Shown: positions 29,074-37,661, counted from the first letter of the stretch. The stretch: 64,000 bases of DNA from Candidatus Aldehydirespirator catecholifindens (GCA_028283245.1 JAPYNU010000086.1:8-64007); one strand, 5' to 3'. A program made the numbers and translations. The notes: generated from the sequence alone by a model not told the origin.

Positions 29074-29248
29074 GACTGGCTCGCCGTTGAGGACGACACA
29101 AAGAAGGTACTGGCCTCCCACAAGCTGCTTCCGTCGAATGAGTTCACTGGACTCCGAAGGCCAACTTCCTGACCATCAGCATCACAACGCTGAAGCCGAC
29201 GATTAATACCACGGTTAGTTGCGCTGAAGGAGTCAATCGGGGCAACCG

Positions 29249-32017
29249 ATGACAGAACGTAAGAAGCTCATAGAGGTGGCGTTGCCGCTTGATGCGATCA
29301 ACGCCGCAGCAGCTAGAGAGAAGTCAATCTTCTTCGGTCATCCCTCTGCGCTGCACCTGTGGTGGTCACGCAAACCCCTTGCGGCGTGTCGGGCGGTGCT
29401 CTTAGCGCAGTTGCTGGACGATCCCTCAGCATACCCAGAAATTTTTTCTACCGAAACTGAGCAGCGCCGCGAGCGTGAGCGTCTGTTTGAGCTCATCAAA
29501 AACTATGCGAAATGGGAGACCTCTGGCAAGGAGGAGTTCTTAACGCCGCTACGCCACGAGATCATGCGATCCTGCGACGGCGAAACTCCGACCGTGCTTG
29601 ACCCTTTCGCAGGTGGAGGAGCTATCCCGCTTGAAGCGCAACGTCTCGGCCTCACAGCTCAAGCTTCGGATCTGAATCCGGTGGCTGTGCTCATCAACAA
29701 GGCTTTGATCGAAATTCCGCCAAGGTTCGCTGGACTTAAGCCGATACATCCCGAAGCCGAAATGAGAACCAGATGGCAGGGCGCAGAAGGACTGGCCGAG
29801 GATGTTCGCCGCTACGGGCGCTGGATGCGTGAGCGCGCTTTCGAGCGAATCGGTCATCTCTACCCCAAAGCAGAGTTACCTGTTGAACACGGTGGCATGT
29901 CGGCCAGCGTCATTGCCTGGATTTGGACTCGCACCATTGCTTGCGCCAACCCAGCTTGCGGTATTGAGATGCCTCTGACGGGCTCGTGGCGACTCTCAAC
30001 CAAGACGGGACGAGAGGCCTGGGTTCAGCCAACAACTCAGGATGTCTCGGGATCACGATGTGTCACATTTGAGGTGCGCCAAAGCAACGAAGAACCGCCG
30101 GATCCTCCTAAGTTCGGAAAGGCCAAGTTCCGCTGCACAAGCTGCGGCGAAACTACGCCCGACAACTACGTCAAAGCTGAAGCTCAAGCTGGCCGTATGA
30201 GTGCCAAGATGATGGCGGTTGTTGCCGCGGGCGACCGAAAGCGGGTCTATCTGGATGCTGATGAGCTTCAAGTGCAGGCATCCCAGGCAGCGCCACCACT
30301 GGACGCACCCTCGGCAGATATGGCTCACGACCCGCGTGCCATCATACCGCCGAACTGGGGCATGCAGAAATGGACTGATCTCTTCACCGCCCGGCAACTG
30401 ACAGCGGTGAGCGTGTTTTGTGACCTTGTCGCCGAAGCACGAGCGGTGATCCTTGAGGAGGCACAGGCCGCAGGACTTGATGACGACGAGGTGCCTTTGA
30501 GAGATGCAGGTGCCGGAGCGCGCGCCTACGCCGAAGCAGTTTCGGTGTACTTGGCTTTCGCAGTGTCAAAGTGTGCCGACTACTGGTCCACAATATGCGT
30601 CTGGGACAGGAAGGGTGAGAAGATGGGGCATACCTTTCCGCAGCAGACCTTGCAGATGAGTTGGGATTTTGCGGAGGCTAACCCGTTCAGTTCTTCCACT
30701 GGCAACTGGCAATCAATGCTGAACCGAGTAGCCGAGAGCCTGTCACGCCTGCCCGCTGAGATGCCTGGCATTGTTACTACATGCGATGCCAGTGACGTGG
30801 AGGCATCCTCGGCGGTGCTGTCGACCGATCCGCCGTATTACGACAACATCGGATACTCCGACCTTTCGGACTTCTTCTACATCTGGTTGAGGCGCTCGCT
30901 CCGCGACGTGTTCCCAGACGTTTGTTCCACACTGCTCGCTCCTAAATCACAGGAGTTGATAGCAGTGCCGCATCGCCACGATGGAGACAAGACTGCCGCA
31001 AACGCTCACTTCGAGCACGGTCTTAAGTCAGTCTTCACAGCGTTACGGCAAGGTGCTAATAGGCGTTTCCCAATGGCCGTCTACTATGCCTTCAAACAGT
31101 CTGAGAGTTCTGCCGAAGGCACTGCCTCGACCGGCTGGTCAACGATGCTCGAAGGTCTCATAGCCGCAGGATGGATGGTTACCGCCACTCAGCCGCTACG
31201 CACGGAACGCTCCAGCCGTGTCCGCTCTTTGGACAGCAACGCTTTGGCATCATCGATCGTGCTCGCCTGTAGGCCTCGACCTGAGAGCGCAAGTATCATC
31301 GACCGGCGGGGACTGCTATCAGAGTTGCGCAACGAGATGCCTCAACCAATCCGAGAGTTGCAGGCCTCAGCTGTTGCACCGGTCGACCTGCGGCAAGCAG
31401 CAATCGGGCCCGGCATGGCGGTTTTCTCGAAGTACTCAAGGGTTGTTGAGGCCGACGGGACTCCCATGCGGGTGCATACCGCTCTGGGACTGATCAACCA
31501 AGTGCTTGAATCTCTTCTAGGCGAAGCCGATGCCGACCTAGATCCCGAGACTCGCTGGGCGGTTGCCTGGTTTTCGCAACACTTCGAAGACGAAGGCCCC
31601 TACGGCATCGCAGAACAACTCGCAGTGTCCATGAACGTGGCGGTCGAATCCCTAGCAAAGTCTGGGATCATCACAGCGGGGGGAGGCAAGGTACGTCTGC
31701 TTCCAAGTGCCGAGATGGCTGCTGACTGGGAACCCCGAGAAGGCGACACTACGTCGATCTGGAAGGGCACTCAGCATTTGGTGCGCCGACTCGAAGAGGG
31801 TGAGGCCGCCACAGGAGCATTACTGGCTCAACTTGATATGCGAGCCGATGCTTGCAGAGCGCTCGCTTACCGTCTCTACACCATCTGTGAGAAGGCTCAG
31901 CCTCACCTCGCTGGGCCGTATAACGCTCTGGCTGCCTCTTGGCCTGAGATTCGCCGCCATTCGACTCAAACAGAACAACCGCTCCAAGCGACAGAAGCCC
32001 CTCTCTTCAGCTCATGA
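29249..32017 (+). CDS. DUF1156-type DNA methyltransferase (amino-MTase with Zn ribbon)
   Basis: DUF1156 N-terminus ALPLDAINAAAAREKSIFFGHPSALHLWWSRKPLAACRAV. SAM motif I DPFAGGGAIPLEA. Cys pairs CANPAC...CTSCG. Catalytic motif IV STDPPYYDNIGYSDLSDFFYIW. Confidence 0.85.
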   Translation: MTERKKLIEVALPLDAINAAAAREKSIFFGHPSALHLWWSRKPLAACRAVLLAQLLDDPSAYPEIFSTETEQRRERERLFELIKNYAKWETSGKEEFLTPLRHEIMRSCDGETPTVLDPFAGGGAIPLEAQRLGLTAQASDLNPVAVLINKALIEIPPRFAGLKPIHPEAEMRTRWQGAEGLAEDVRRYGRWMRERAFERIGHLYPKAELPVEHGGMSASVIAWIWTRTIACANPACGIEMPLTGSWRLSTKTGREAWVQPTTQDVSGSRCVTFEVRQSNEEPPDPPKFGKAKFRCTSCGETTPDNYVKAEAQAGRMSAKMMAVVAAGDRKRVYLDADELQVQASQAAPPLDAPSADMAHDPRAIIPPNWGMQKWTDLFTARQLTAVSVFCDLVAEARAVILEEAQAAGLDDDEVPLRDAGAGARAYAEAVSVYLAFAVSKCADYWSTICVWDRKGEKMGHTFPQQTLQMSWDFAEANPFSSSTGNWQSMLNRVAESLSRLPAEMPGIVTTCDASDVEASSAVLSTDPPYYDNIGYSDLSDFFYIWLRRSLRDVFPDVCSTLLAPKSQELIAVPHRHDGDKTAANAHFEHGLKSVFTALRQGANRRFPMAVYYAFKQSESSAEGTASTGWSTMLEGLIAAGWMVTATQPLRTERSSRVRSLDSNALASSIVLACRPRPESASIIDRRGLLSELRNEMPQPIRELQASAVAPVDLRQAAIGPGMAVFSKYSRVVEADGTPMRVHTALGLINQVLESLLGEADADLDPETRWAVAWFSQHFEDEGPYGIAEQLAVSMNVAVESLAKSGIITAGGGKVRLLPSAEMAADWEPREGDTTSIWKGTQHLVRRLEEGEAATGALLAQLDMRADACRALAYRLYTICEKAQPHLAGPYNALAASWPEIRRHSTQTEQPLQATEAPLFSS

Positions 32018-32283
32018 CTCGCCGGTGTCAGTGGATAGATGTAGCGTGTAGTCAGACCACATTTCAAAAAGGATCACCACTAATGACTTACGAACTGCCT
32101 TTCATTCCCGAGGCACGAAAAGACGACGAGACCCTGCAAGACCGCGTCGCCCGAGCCCGCAAAGCCCGCGAAGATGCCGCCGCGCGAGTAGCAGAGCGCT
32201 ACGCCAACATTAAGCCCGACGAGCGCAGATGGCGAACCCGAGAGCCGCTGATAATACCGTCGGAGCCTCTGCGTGTCCTCTGA
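32014..32283 (+). CDS. small hypothetical protein (66-89 aa), translationally coupled within the module
   Basis: The ATG at 32014 overlaps the MTase TGA (ATGA). An alternative ATG at 32084 has aagga upstream. The ORF's 3' end overlaps the next GTG start by 11 nt. Charged, Arg/Glu-rich; no family recognised. Confidence 0.4.
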   Translation: MTRRCQWIDVACSQTTFQKGSPLMTYELPFIPEARKDDETLQDRVARARKAREDAAARVAERYANIKPDERRWRTREPLIIPSEPLRVL

Positions 32284-33147
32284 GACTCATACTTCCAAGC
32301 TTGAAACTCCCACCCAAAGTCCTCTTTTCCGCGCCGTTGAGTCAGACCGCTATGGCCGTCAGGCAGGCATACGAAACTATGAGGAGTTCACCGGACGCTC
32401 ATTGATTGTTTTCTATGGCAAGATCAACCACAGCGTCATAACTCCATTCGCCGATGCTGTTGGAGATGTTGGGCAGGGTCAACCTCTTGACCTAATGCTT
32501 ACATCGCCAGGTGGCGATGCTGAGACGGCTGTCAGACTTGCGAGAATGTGTCACGCAGAGCGTCAGGACTTCCGGGTCATAGTTCCCGACACGGCCGCAT
32601 CGGCGGCGACGCTGCTTGCGCTGGCCGCTGAATCCGTCGTGATGAGCAACTCGTCAGCCCTCGGTCCGATAGATCCCCAAGTGCCAATGGCGACAAGGCG
32701 CACCTACATTCCTGCAAAGGACATCTTGGAAATCGTTGACGACCTAGAGACTCGTACTACTACCAATCCAGAAGCATTTGAGCTTTACGCTGCTTTGTTG
32801 GCTGATATTGACGCTGTGGTCTATCAGATTGCTAAGGCTGCTATTGGCGAACGACGGAACTGGTGCCTGAAGTGCTGAGTTTGCGTCAAAATCCTCCCTC
32901 ACTAGAGGAAACCGCCAAAATCGCAAGGGGTCTACAGAGCAGCCATGCGATGCATTCGGCAGCTATAGGCTACGAGCAAGCCAAGTCTCTGGGAATACCG
33001 GCTGCATACTTGTCACCTCAGTCGCCAGAATGGGATGCCTTATGGCGACTCCACACCCTCTACATCGTTTTGCTGGGATTGCGCTTCGAGGAGGCTCTAA
33101 TTGAAGGGCGCAGAGTCTCATTTCGTTTTTTGCCGGACGCTCTCTAA
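32273..33147 (+). pseudogene. Clp-fold serine protease (SDH / S49-like family), split by a frameshift
   Basis: ORF 32273..32878 carries the ClpP-fold core (LMLTSPGGDAETAVRLARM, VPDTAASAATLLALAAE). ORF 32863..33147, in another frame, looks like the family's C-terminal region (HSAAIGYEQAKSLGIPAAYL). Together they total about 290 aa. The frame change appears to be near 32845-32865. Confidence 0.55.
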
Positions 33148-33174
33148 CTTTCGCTACGACACGAATTTCTGGCG

Positions 33175-36100
33175 ATGGCTGAGGTTAGTAATCGGGCTCG
33201 GGTGGGGGATGCGTTTGATCTGTTGGCGCAATGCTTGAAACCGTTCGTGTCAAAGCACATGACAAGAACAGTCAGCCGTGGACAGGACTGGGCTGAAGTT
33301 TTTGCAGCCAGTGCTAGGCCACCCATTGGCGACTACTCCACTGACGATCCGGTCTTTCTGCTGCGGGTGATCGGCGACTGCTGGCGCGACACTTTTGATC
33401 GTCAACTGCCGCGAGGTACCCGCAATCTGGTCTTCACACTGCGCGACAAGCGCAACGAATGGGCGCACAACCGCCAGATCAAACTCCACGATGCCCTTTA
33501 CACACTCAGTGGCATTGTCACACTCGTCGAAGCGGTGGACTCCGCAGCCGCCGAACCGGTGCGTGCCATGCTCGACGATTTGCGTCTCACGCATTTCGAG
33601 CGTTCAAGCAGCAGCGACCGCTCACCGACCCTCAACGTCTTTGATGCTCCCAGGGCCGGGCTTAAACCATGGCGCGAGGTGATCCATCCTCACCCCGATG
33701 TCCATTCGTCGGATTTCGGGGCCGCCGCTTTCGCTGCCGACCTTGAGATGGTGCGGCGCGGTGAAGGTGCTGTCGAGTACGCCGATCCCAAGCTCTTCTT
33801 TGAACGCAGCTATCTGACAGCCGGGCTACGCGACCTTCTAACCCTCGCGGTCGAGCGGGTTGCCGGTCAAGGCGGACAGCCTGTGATTAGCTGTCAAACC
33901 AACTTCGGTGGCGGCAAAACGCACAGCCTTATCGCCCTCTATCACCTTCTATCGGGGATCCCGGTAACGGATCTTCCCGAAGAAGTGGCGGCCCTAGTGC
34001 GCGACGCTGGCGTGAACGAACTACCGAAGGTCAACCGTGCGGTGATAGTAGGCAACCGCTTCGGCGCAGGCGAGACACACCCCAAAACCAACGGCATCAC
34101 GATCAACACGATCTGGGGTGAAATCGCTTGGCAGCTAGGTGGTGCCGATGCCTACGAACTCATTGTTGACAGCGACCGCAATCGTACCAACCCCGGCGAT
34201 GCCATCCGTGACGTTCTCACCGTGTGCTCCCCGTGCCTAGTGCTCATCGACGAATGGGTCGCTTATGCACGCGAACTTTATGAGAAACCCGACCTGCCAG
34301 GCGGCAGCTTCGATTCTCAGTTCAGCTTTGCACAGACCCTTTCAGAGGCGGTCAAAGGCACCCCTGGAGCGATTTTTGTGGTGTCGATCCCCGCCTCCGA
34401 GGGCACAGAAACAAGCGAAGAAGCTGCTGCGTCCAGCCTCGAAGTCGGCGGAGTAGCCGGGAGAGAGGCACTAAAACGTCTCACCAACGTGACCAGTCGC
34501 CTAGCGGAGACATGGCAGCCCGCTACCGGCGACGAGAGCTATGAGATCGTTCGCAGACGGCTGTTTCAGCCGCTGTCGGAGTCCGCTGTCGGCGACCGTG
34601 ATAGCACCGCAGAAGCTTTCGGGAAGCTTTACCGGTCGCAGCGCTCGGAGTTCCCTGCAGAATGCTCAGAGATCGCCTACGAGGCACGCATCAAAGCCGC
34701 ATATCCGATCCATCCCGAGGTTTTTGACCGACTCTACCAAGACTGGTCGGCCATTGACCGCTTCCAGCGCACCCGCGGCGTGCTGCGCCTCATGGCCGCA
34801 ACCATCGACTCGTTGTTACACAGCGAAGATAGCTCTCCGCTGATTATGCCTTGCTCAATCCCACTAGGAGATCCACGAGTCACCAGCGAACTCGCTGGCA
34901 GGCTCCCCGACTACTGGCACCCAGTGATTGATGCAGATGTTGACGGCCACAACTCCTCATCTTTCAAGATCGATCGCGAGACACCTCACCTAGGAGCGCT
35001 GCATGCCACTCGGCGGGTGGCTCGCACCATATTCGTCGGTGCTACCCCCAACGTCGGTGCCACGAACCAAGGTTTGGAGGTGCGCCGCGTGCGGCTCGGT
35101 TCGACTTTCGCGGGCGACAAATCCGGACCGATCTCCGACGCACTTAACCGGCTGGCAGCCACAGCCCCGCACCTATACGTTGACCGTGACCGTTACTGGT
35201 TCGACCGGCGACAAAACGTTACCCGCACCGCCCGCGATGATGCTGAGCGCCTACTTGATGGCGACCGTCACGAAGTCCGTGAAGAAATCGTGCAGCGACT
35301 GCGGACCCAGCCTCGCACTAACAGCGAGTTCGCCAGCGTTCACTATGCGCCAGCCAGCGGAGCAGACGTAGCCGACGAAGCCCGCGCTCGTCTAGTCGTT
35401 CTCGAACCCGATGCCGCCCATATCGCCAAATCTTCAGAATCACCGGCGCTGGCATTGGCGAGAGAGATTCTCAACATCAGAGGTTCGGGCCCGCGCCAGT
35501 ATCGCAACATGCTTCTATTCGCAGCAGCGGAGCAACGCGGTACGGAAGCTCTGGAGCAGGCGGTTGCGGAGTATTTGGCATGGTCGGGCATCTGCGAAAG
35601 AAGCGAAGAGTTGAACCTGGACGCTCAGCAGAGTCGCCTGGCTAAAGCCCAGCGCAACCGCGCCGATCAATCCGTGGAACTTCGCATGACTGAGGCTTAC
35701 AAGTTCGTTCTCGTCCCTCGTCAGGATGATCCAAGTGACGAGATCAGTTTCGATGTGGTCACCTTGAACTCAGACGGGTCTCTGGTTGAAAGAGTCAGCC
35801 AAAAGATGATCAACGACGGTGCTCTGGCTACGCGTTTCCCGCCAGTGCTTTTGCGCCAACGTCTTGATGGTGTGCTGCAAAGCCGTTGGCGTGACGGTCA
35901 TGTGCAACTGCTGACACTCTGGGAAGATTTTGCTCGCTACGTCTATCTGCCGCGACTGCAAGATCAGTCGGTCTTGACCGCAACCGTGACTGCGGGGCCG
36001 GTCGGGTTCGCCTGGACCGCAGAAGGTTTCGCTGTGGCGACAGACTTCGATGATGCCACCGGCAGATACTTGGGACTAGCAGCGCAGGGAATCTCTCCGA

Positions 36101-36498
36101 ATGCGGTGACTCCGACCTCGCTGGTAGTGCAACCCGATCGTGCGCTGGAACAGATTGAGGCCGAGAAGCCCCAGATCGACAACACCGTTGAACCCGACAT
36201 CTCCGACGTGGCGAAGCCTGCGCCCGCCGACATTGAGGCACCAGCGACTGCTCGTGTGAAGCTCACCACGTTCCGGGGTTCGGTCAAGCTTGACCCGGCC
36301 CGACCCACCAAAGCGTTCACAACGATTAACGCAGAGATTCTCACCCACCTCCTCAACCAGATCGACACTGAGGCCGAAGTGCGACTGGAAGTTGAGATCT
36401 ACAACGCTGAAGGGTTCTCCGAGCACATCATCAGAACAGTCAACGAGAACACCCGAACCCTTCAATTCGAAGAAGGTAGCGGCTTCTCGCAGAGCTAA
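33175..36498 (+). CDS. DUF499 (BrxC/PglY-like) P-loop ATPase with N-terminal Swt1-like HEPN domain
   Basis: HEPN Rx4H motif RNEWAH at 33451-33468. Walker A NFGGGKTHSLIALYHL and Walker B CLVLIDEWVAY. 1107 aa, the typical size for DUF499 proteins. Confidence 0.85.
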   Translation: MAEVSNRARVGDAFDLLAQCLKPFVSKHMTRTVSRGQDWAEVFAASARPPIGDYSTDDPVFLLRVIGDCWRDTFDRQLPRGTRNLVFTLRDKRNEWAHNRQIKLHDALYTLSGIVTLVEAVDSAAAEPVRAMLDDLRLTHFERSSSSDRSPTLNVFDAPRAGLKPWREVIHPHPDVHSSDFGAAAFAADLEMVRRGEGAVEYADPKLFFERSYLTAGLRDLLTLAVERVAGQGGQPVISCQTNFGGGKTHSLIALYHLLSGIPVTDLPEEVAALVRDAGVNELPKVNRAVIVGNRFGAGETHPKTNGITINTIWGEIAWQLGGADAYELIVDSDRNRTNPGDAIRDVLTVCSPCLVLIDEWVAYARELYEKPDLPGGSFDSQFSFAQTLSEAVKGTPGAIFVVSIPASEGTETSEEAAASSLEVGGVAGREALKRLTNVTSRLAETWQPATGDESYEIVRRRLFQPLSESAVGDRDSTAEAFGKLYRSQRSEFPAECSEIAYEARIKAAYPIHPEVFDRLYQDWSAIDRFQRTRGVLRLMAATIDSLLHSEDSSPLIMPCSIPLGDPRVTSELAGRLPDYWHPVIDADVDGHNSSSFKIDRETPHLGALHATRRVARTIFVGATPNVGATNQGLEVRRVRLGSTFAGDKSGPISDALNRLAATAPHLYVDRDRYWFDRRQNVTRTARDDAERLLDGDRHEVREEIVQRLRTQPRTNSEFASVHYAPASGADVADEARARLVVLEPDAAHIAKSSESPALALAREILNIRGSGPRQYRNMLLFAAAEQRGTEALEQAVAEYLAWSGICERSEELNLDAQQSRLAKAQRNRADQSVELRMTEAYKFVLVPRQDDPSDEISFDVVTLNSDGSLVERVSQKMINDGALATRFPPVLLRQRLDGVLQSRWRDGHVQLLTLWEDFARYVYLPRLQDQSVLTATVTAGPVGFAWTAEGFAVATDFDDATGRYLGLAAQGISPNAVTPTSLVVQPDRALEQIEAEKPQIDNTVEPDISDVAKPAPADIEAPATARVKLTTFRGSVKLDPARPTKAFTTINAEILTHLLNQIDTEAEVRLEVEIYNAEGFSEHIIRTVNENTRTLQFEEGSGFSQS

Positions 36499-36607
36499 CC
36501 GTCGGGGTAGAGTTCGGGGTCTAGCCTTGAGCTTTGGCATTGCAATCCGCTGCTAGGGAAACGGCTGTTGCCGGTAGACTGGCTGGTTCAGCGGCTAGTG
36601 CCAGCAG

Positions 36608-36680
36608 GCCCCCATCGTCCAGCGGCCTAGGACGCCGGCCTTTCACGCCGGAAACACGGGTTCAAATCCCGTTGGGGGTG
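36608..36680 (+). tRNA. tRNA-Glu (anticodon TTC)
   Basis: Manual cloverleaf: acceptor GCCCCCA/TGGGGGT, D arm GTCC-AGCGGCCTA-GGAC, anticodon arm CCGGC-CTTTCAC-GCCGG, T arm ACGGG-TTCAAAT-CCCGT. No encoded CCA. Confidence 0.9.
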
Positions 36681-36759
36681 CAAATTTGCATATCCGCTGG
36701 GCCGGGATACCCAGCCCTACAGTATGCTCTCAATCTGACATCAGTATTGGACCCAACCG

Positions 36760-37020
36760 ATGGCAACAATCAACGTGCGGCAACTTGATGACGAAGTCGT
36801 TAACCGCCTAAAGCTCCGTGCCTCGTCGCATAGTCGCTCCCTTGAAGGTGAAGTGCGACACATTCTCGAATGTGTCGCCGACGACGACATGGCGGCAAAG
36901 CGCGCCAGGTTCTTGGAGGCTTCACGCCGACTGCGGGAAAAGACCAAAGGTCGCAAGCACACCCCGGCGGAAGTGCTGATCCGCGCAGACCGCGACCGCG
37001 GCCACCGCGATGACTTCTGA
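36760..37020 (+). CDS. vapB: ribbon-helix-helix antitoxin (FitA/VapB-like)
   Basis: 86 aa starting MATINVRQLDDEVVNRLKLRASSHSRSLEGEVRHILE. Its stop overlaps the PIN gene start (TGATG). Confidence 0.75.
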   Translation: MATINVRQLDDEVVNRLKLRASSHSRSLEGEVRHILECVADDDMAAKRARFLEASRRLREKTKGRKHTPAEVLIRADRDRGHRDDF

Positions 37021-37448
37021 TGCGCCTAGTTGTCGACGCGAGTGTGGCAGTTAAGTGGTTGGTCGCCGAAGAAAATACCGACATTGCCGACCATCTGGCC
37101 GCACACGAGCAGGAGCTTCACGCGCCGCGCCTGATGGCTTCCGAGACTGCCAATGCTCTTTGGCGCAAGGCGCTAATGGGTCAGATTGAGCGCACCGAAG
37201 CCAGCACCGCCATGAGGCTTCTTACCGACATGCCGGTGAACTGGAACGACGATGAGGCCGTCGGCGCAGACGCTGTTCGTTTGGCGTTGGCCCTCGACCA
37301 CCCGGTTTACGACTGCGTATATCTCGCGCTCGCTCACCGTATCGGCGGAGTAGTAGTGACAGCAGACCGTCGATTCAAGACAGCAGTGGCATCGACTGAG
37401 CACAGCGGATCAGTTCTGACACTGGCCGATTACACACAAACGCAATGA
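37020..37448 (+). CDS. vapC: PIN-domain ribonuclease toxin VapC
   Basis: 142 aa. N-terminal LVVDASVAVKW, with conserved acidic residues (D at position 6 and an ...YDCVYLALA...TADRRF pattern). Confidence 0.85.
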   Translation: MRLVVDASVAVKWLVAEENTDIADHLAAHEQELHAPRLMASETANALWRKALMGQIERTEASTAMRLLTDMPVNWNDDEAVGADAVRLALALDHPVYDCVYLALAHRIGGVVVTADRRFKTAVASTEHSGSVLTLADYTQTQ

Positions 37449-37478
37449 GCAATACAAAGATTTCGATCTGAAGGCGTA

Positions 37479-37545
37479 TCAAATCAGAGTTGGGGGGTGC
37501 GAGCAGTCCAGCGGTTCGCTAACGTTTCAAGATCCGCACGCTCGT
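37479..37545 (+). repeat. tRNA-Glu-derived fragments (3'-end-like tcaaatc..gttggggggtgc, then D-arm-like gtccagcgg...tttca)
   Basis: 37479-37500 tcaaatcagagttggggggtgc compares with the tRNA-Glu 3' end tcaaatcccgttgggggtgc. 37507-37515 gtccagcgg is identical to the tRNA-Glu D arm. Confidence 0.5.
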
Positions 37546-37554
37546 CGTGCGCTA

Positions 37555-37629
37555 GGTCCTGTAGATCAGTCTGGAGTGATCGCCACCCTGTCAAGGTGGA
37601 GGCCGCGGGTTCAAATCCCGTCAGGACCG
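37555..37629 (+). tRNA. tRNA-Asp (anticodon GTC)
   Basis: Manual cloverleaf: acceptor GGTCCTG/CAGGACC, anticodon arm CCACC-CTGTCAA-GGTGG, T arm GCGGG-TTCAAAT-CCCGT. Confidence 0.9.
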
Positions 37630-37661
37630 CGTTGCTGGCCCGCTAGGGCTGTCAACTACCC

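Noticed and set aside
36560-36607. Possible tRNA 5'-half-like fragment (ctggc-tggttcagcggctagt-gccag) just upstream of tRNA-Glu
   Set aside because: Only a loose resemblance to the D arm of tRNA-Glu (about 14/20). There is no acceptor stem or anticodon arm. It could equally be a processing hairpin, so it is not enough to call.
36534-36788. 84 aa ORF spanning tRNA-Glu. ORFs 37621..37983 and 37812..38048 cover tRNA-Asp/Phe and the P450 start.
   Set aside because: They overlap well-folded tRNA genes or the 5' end of a supported CDS, and no motifs are present.
22943-37500. Classical integrative element (integrase, transposase, clean att repeats) delimiting the whole accessory region
   Set aside because: No integrase, recombinase or transposase ORF is visible. 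The left edge is a direct stop-stop overlap with the MMPL gene. Only the vapBC segment has tRNA-derived repeat evidence. I therefore describe the region as an accessory island, not a mobile element.
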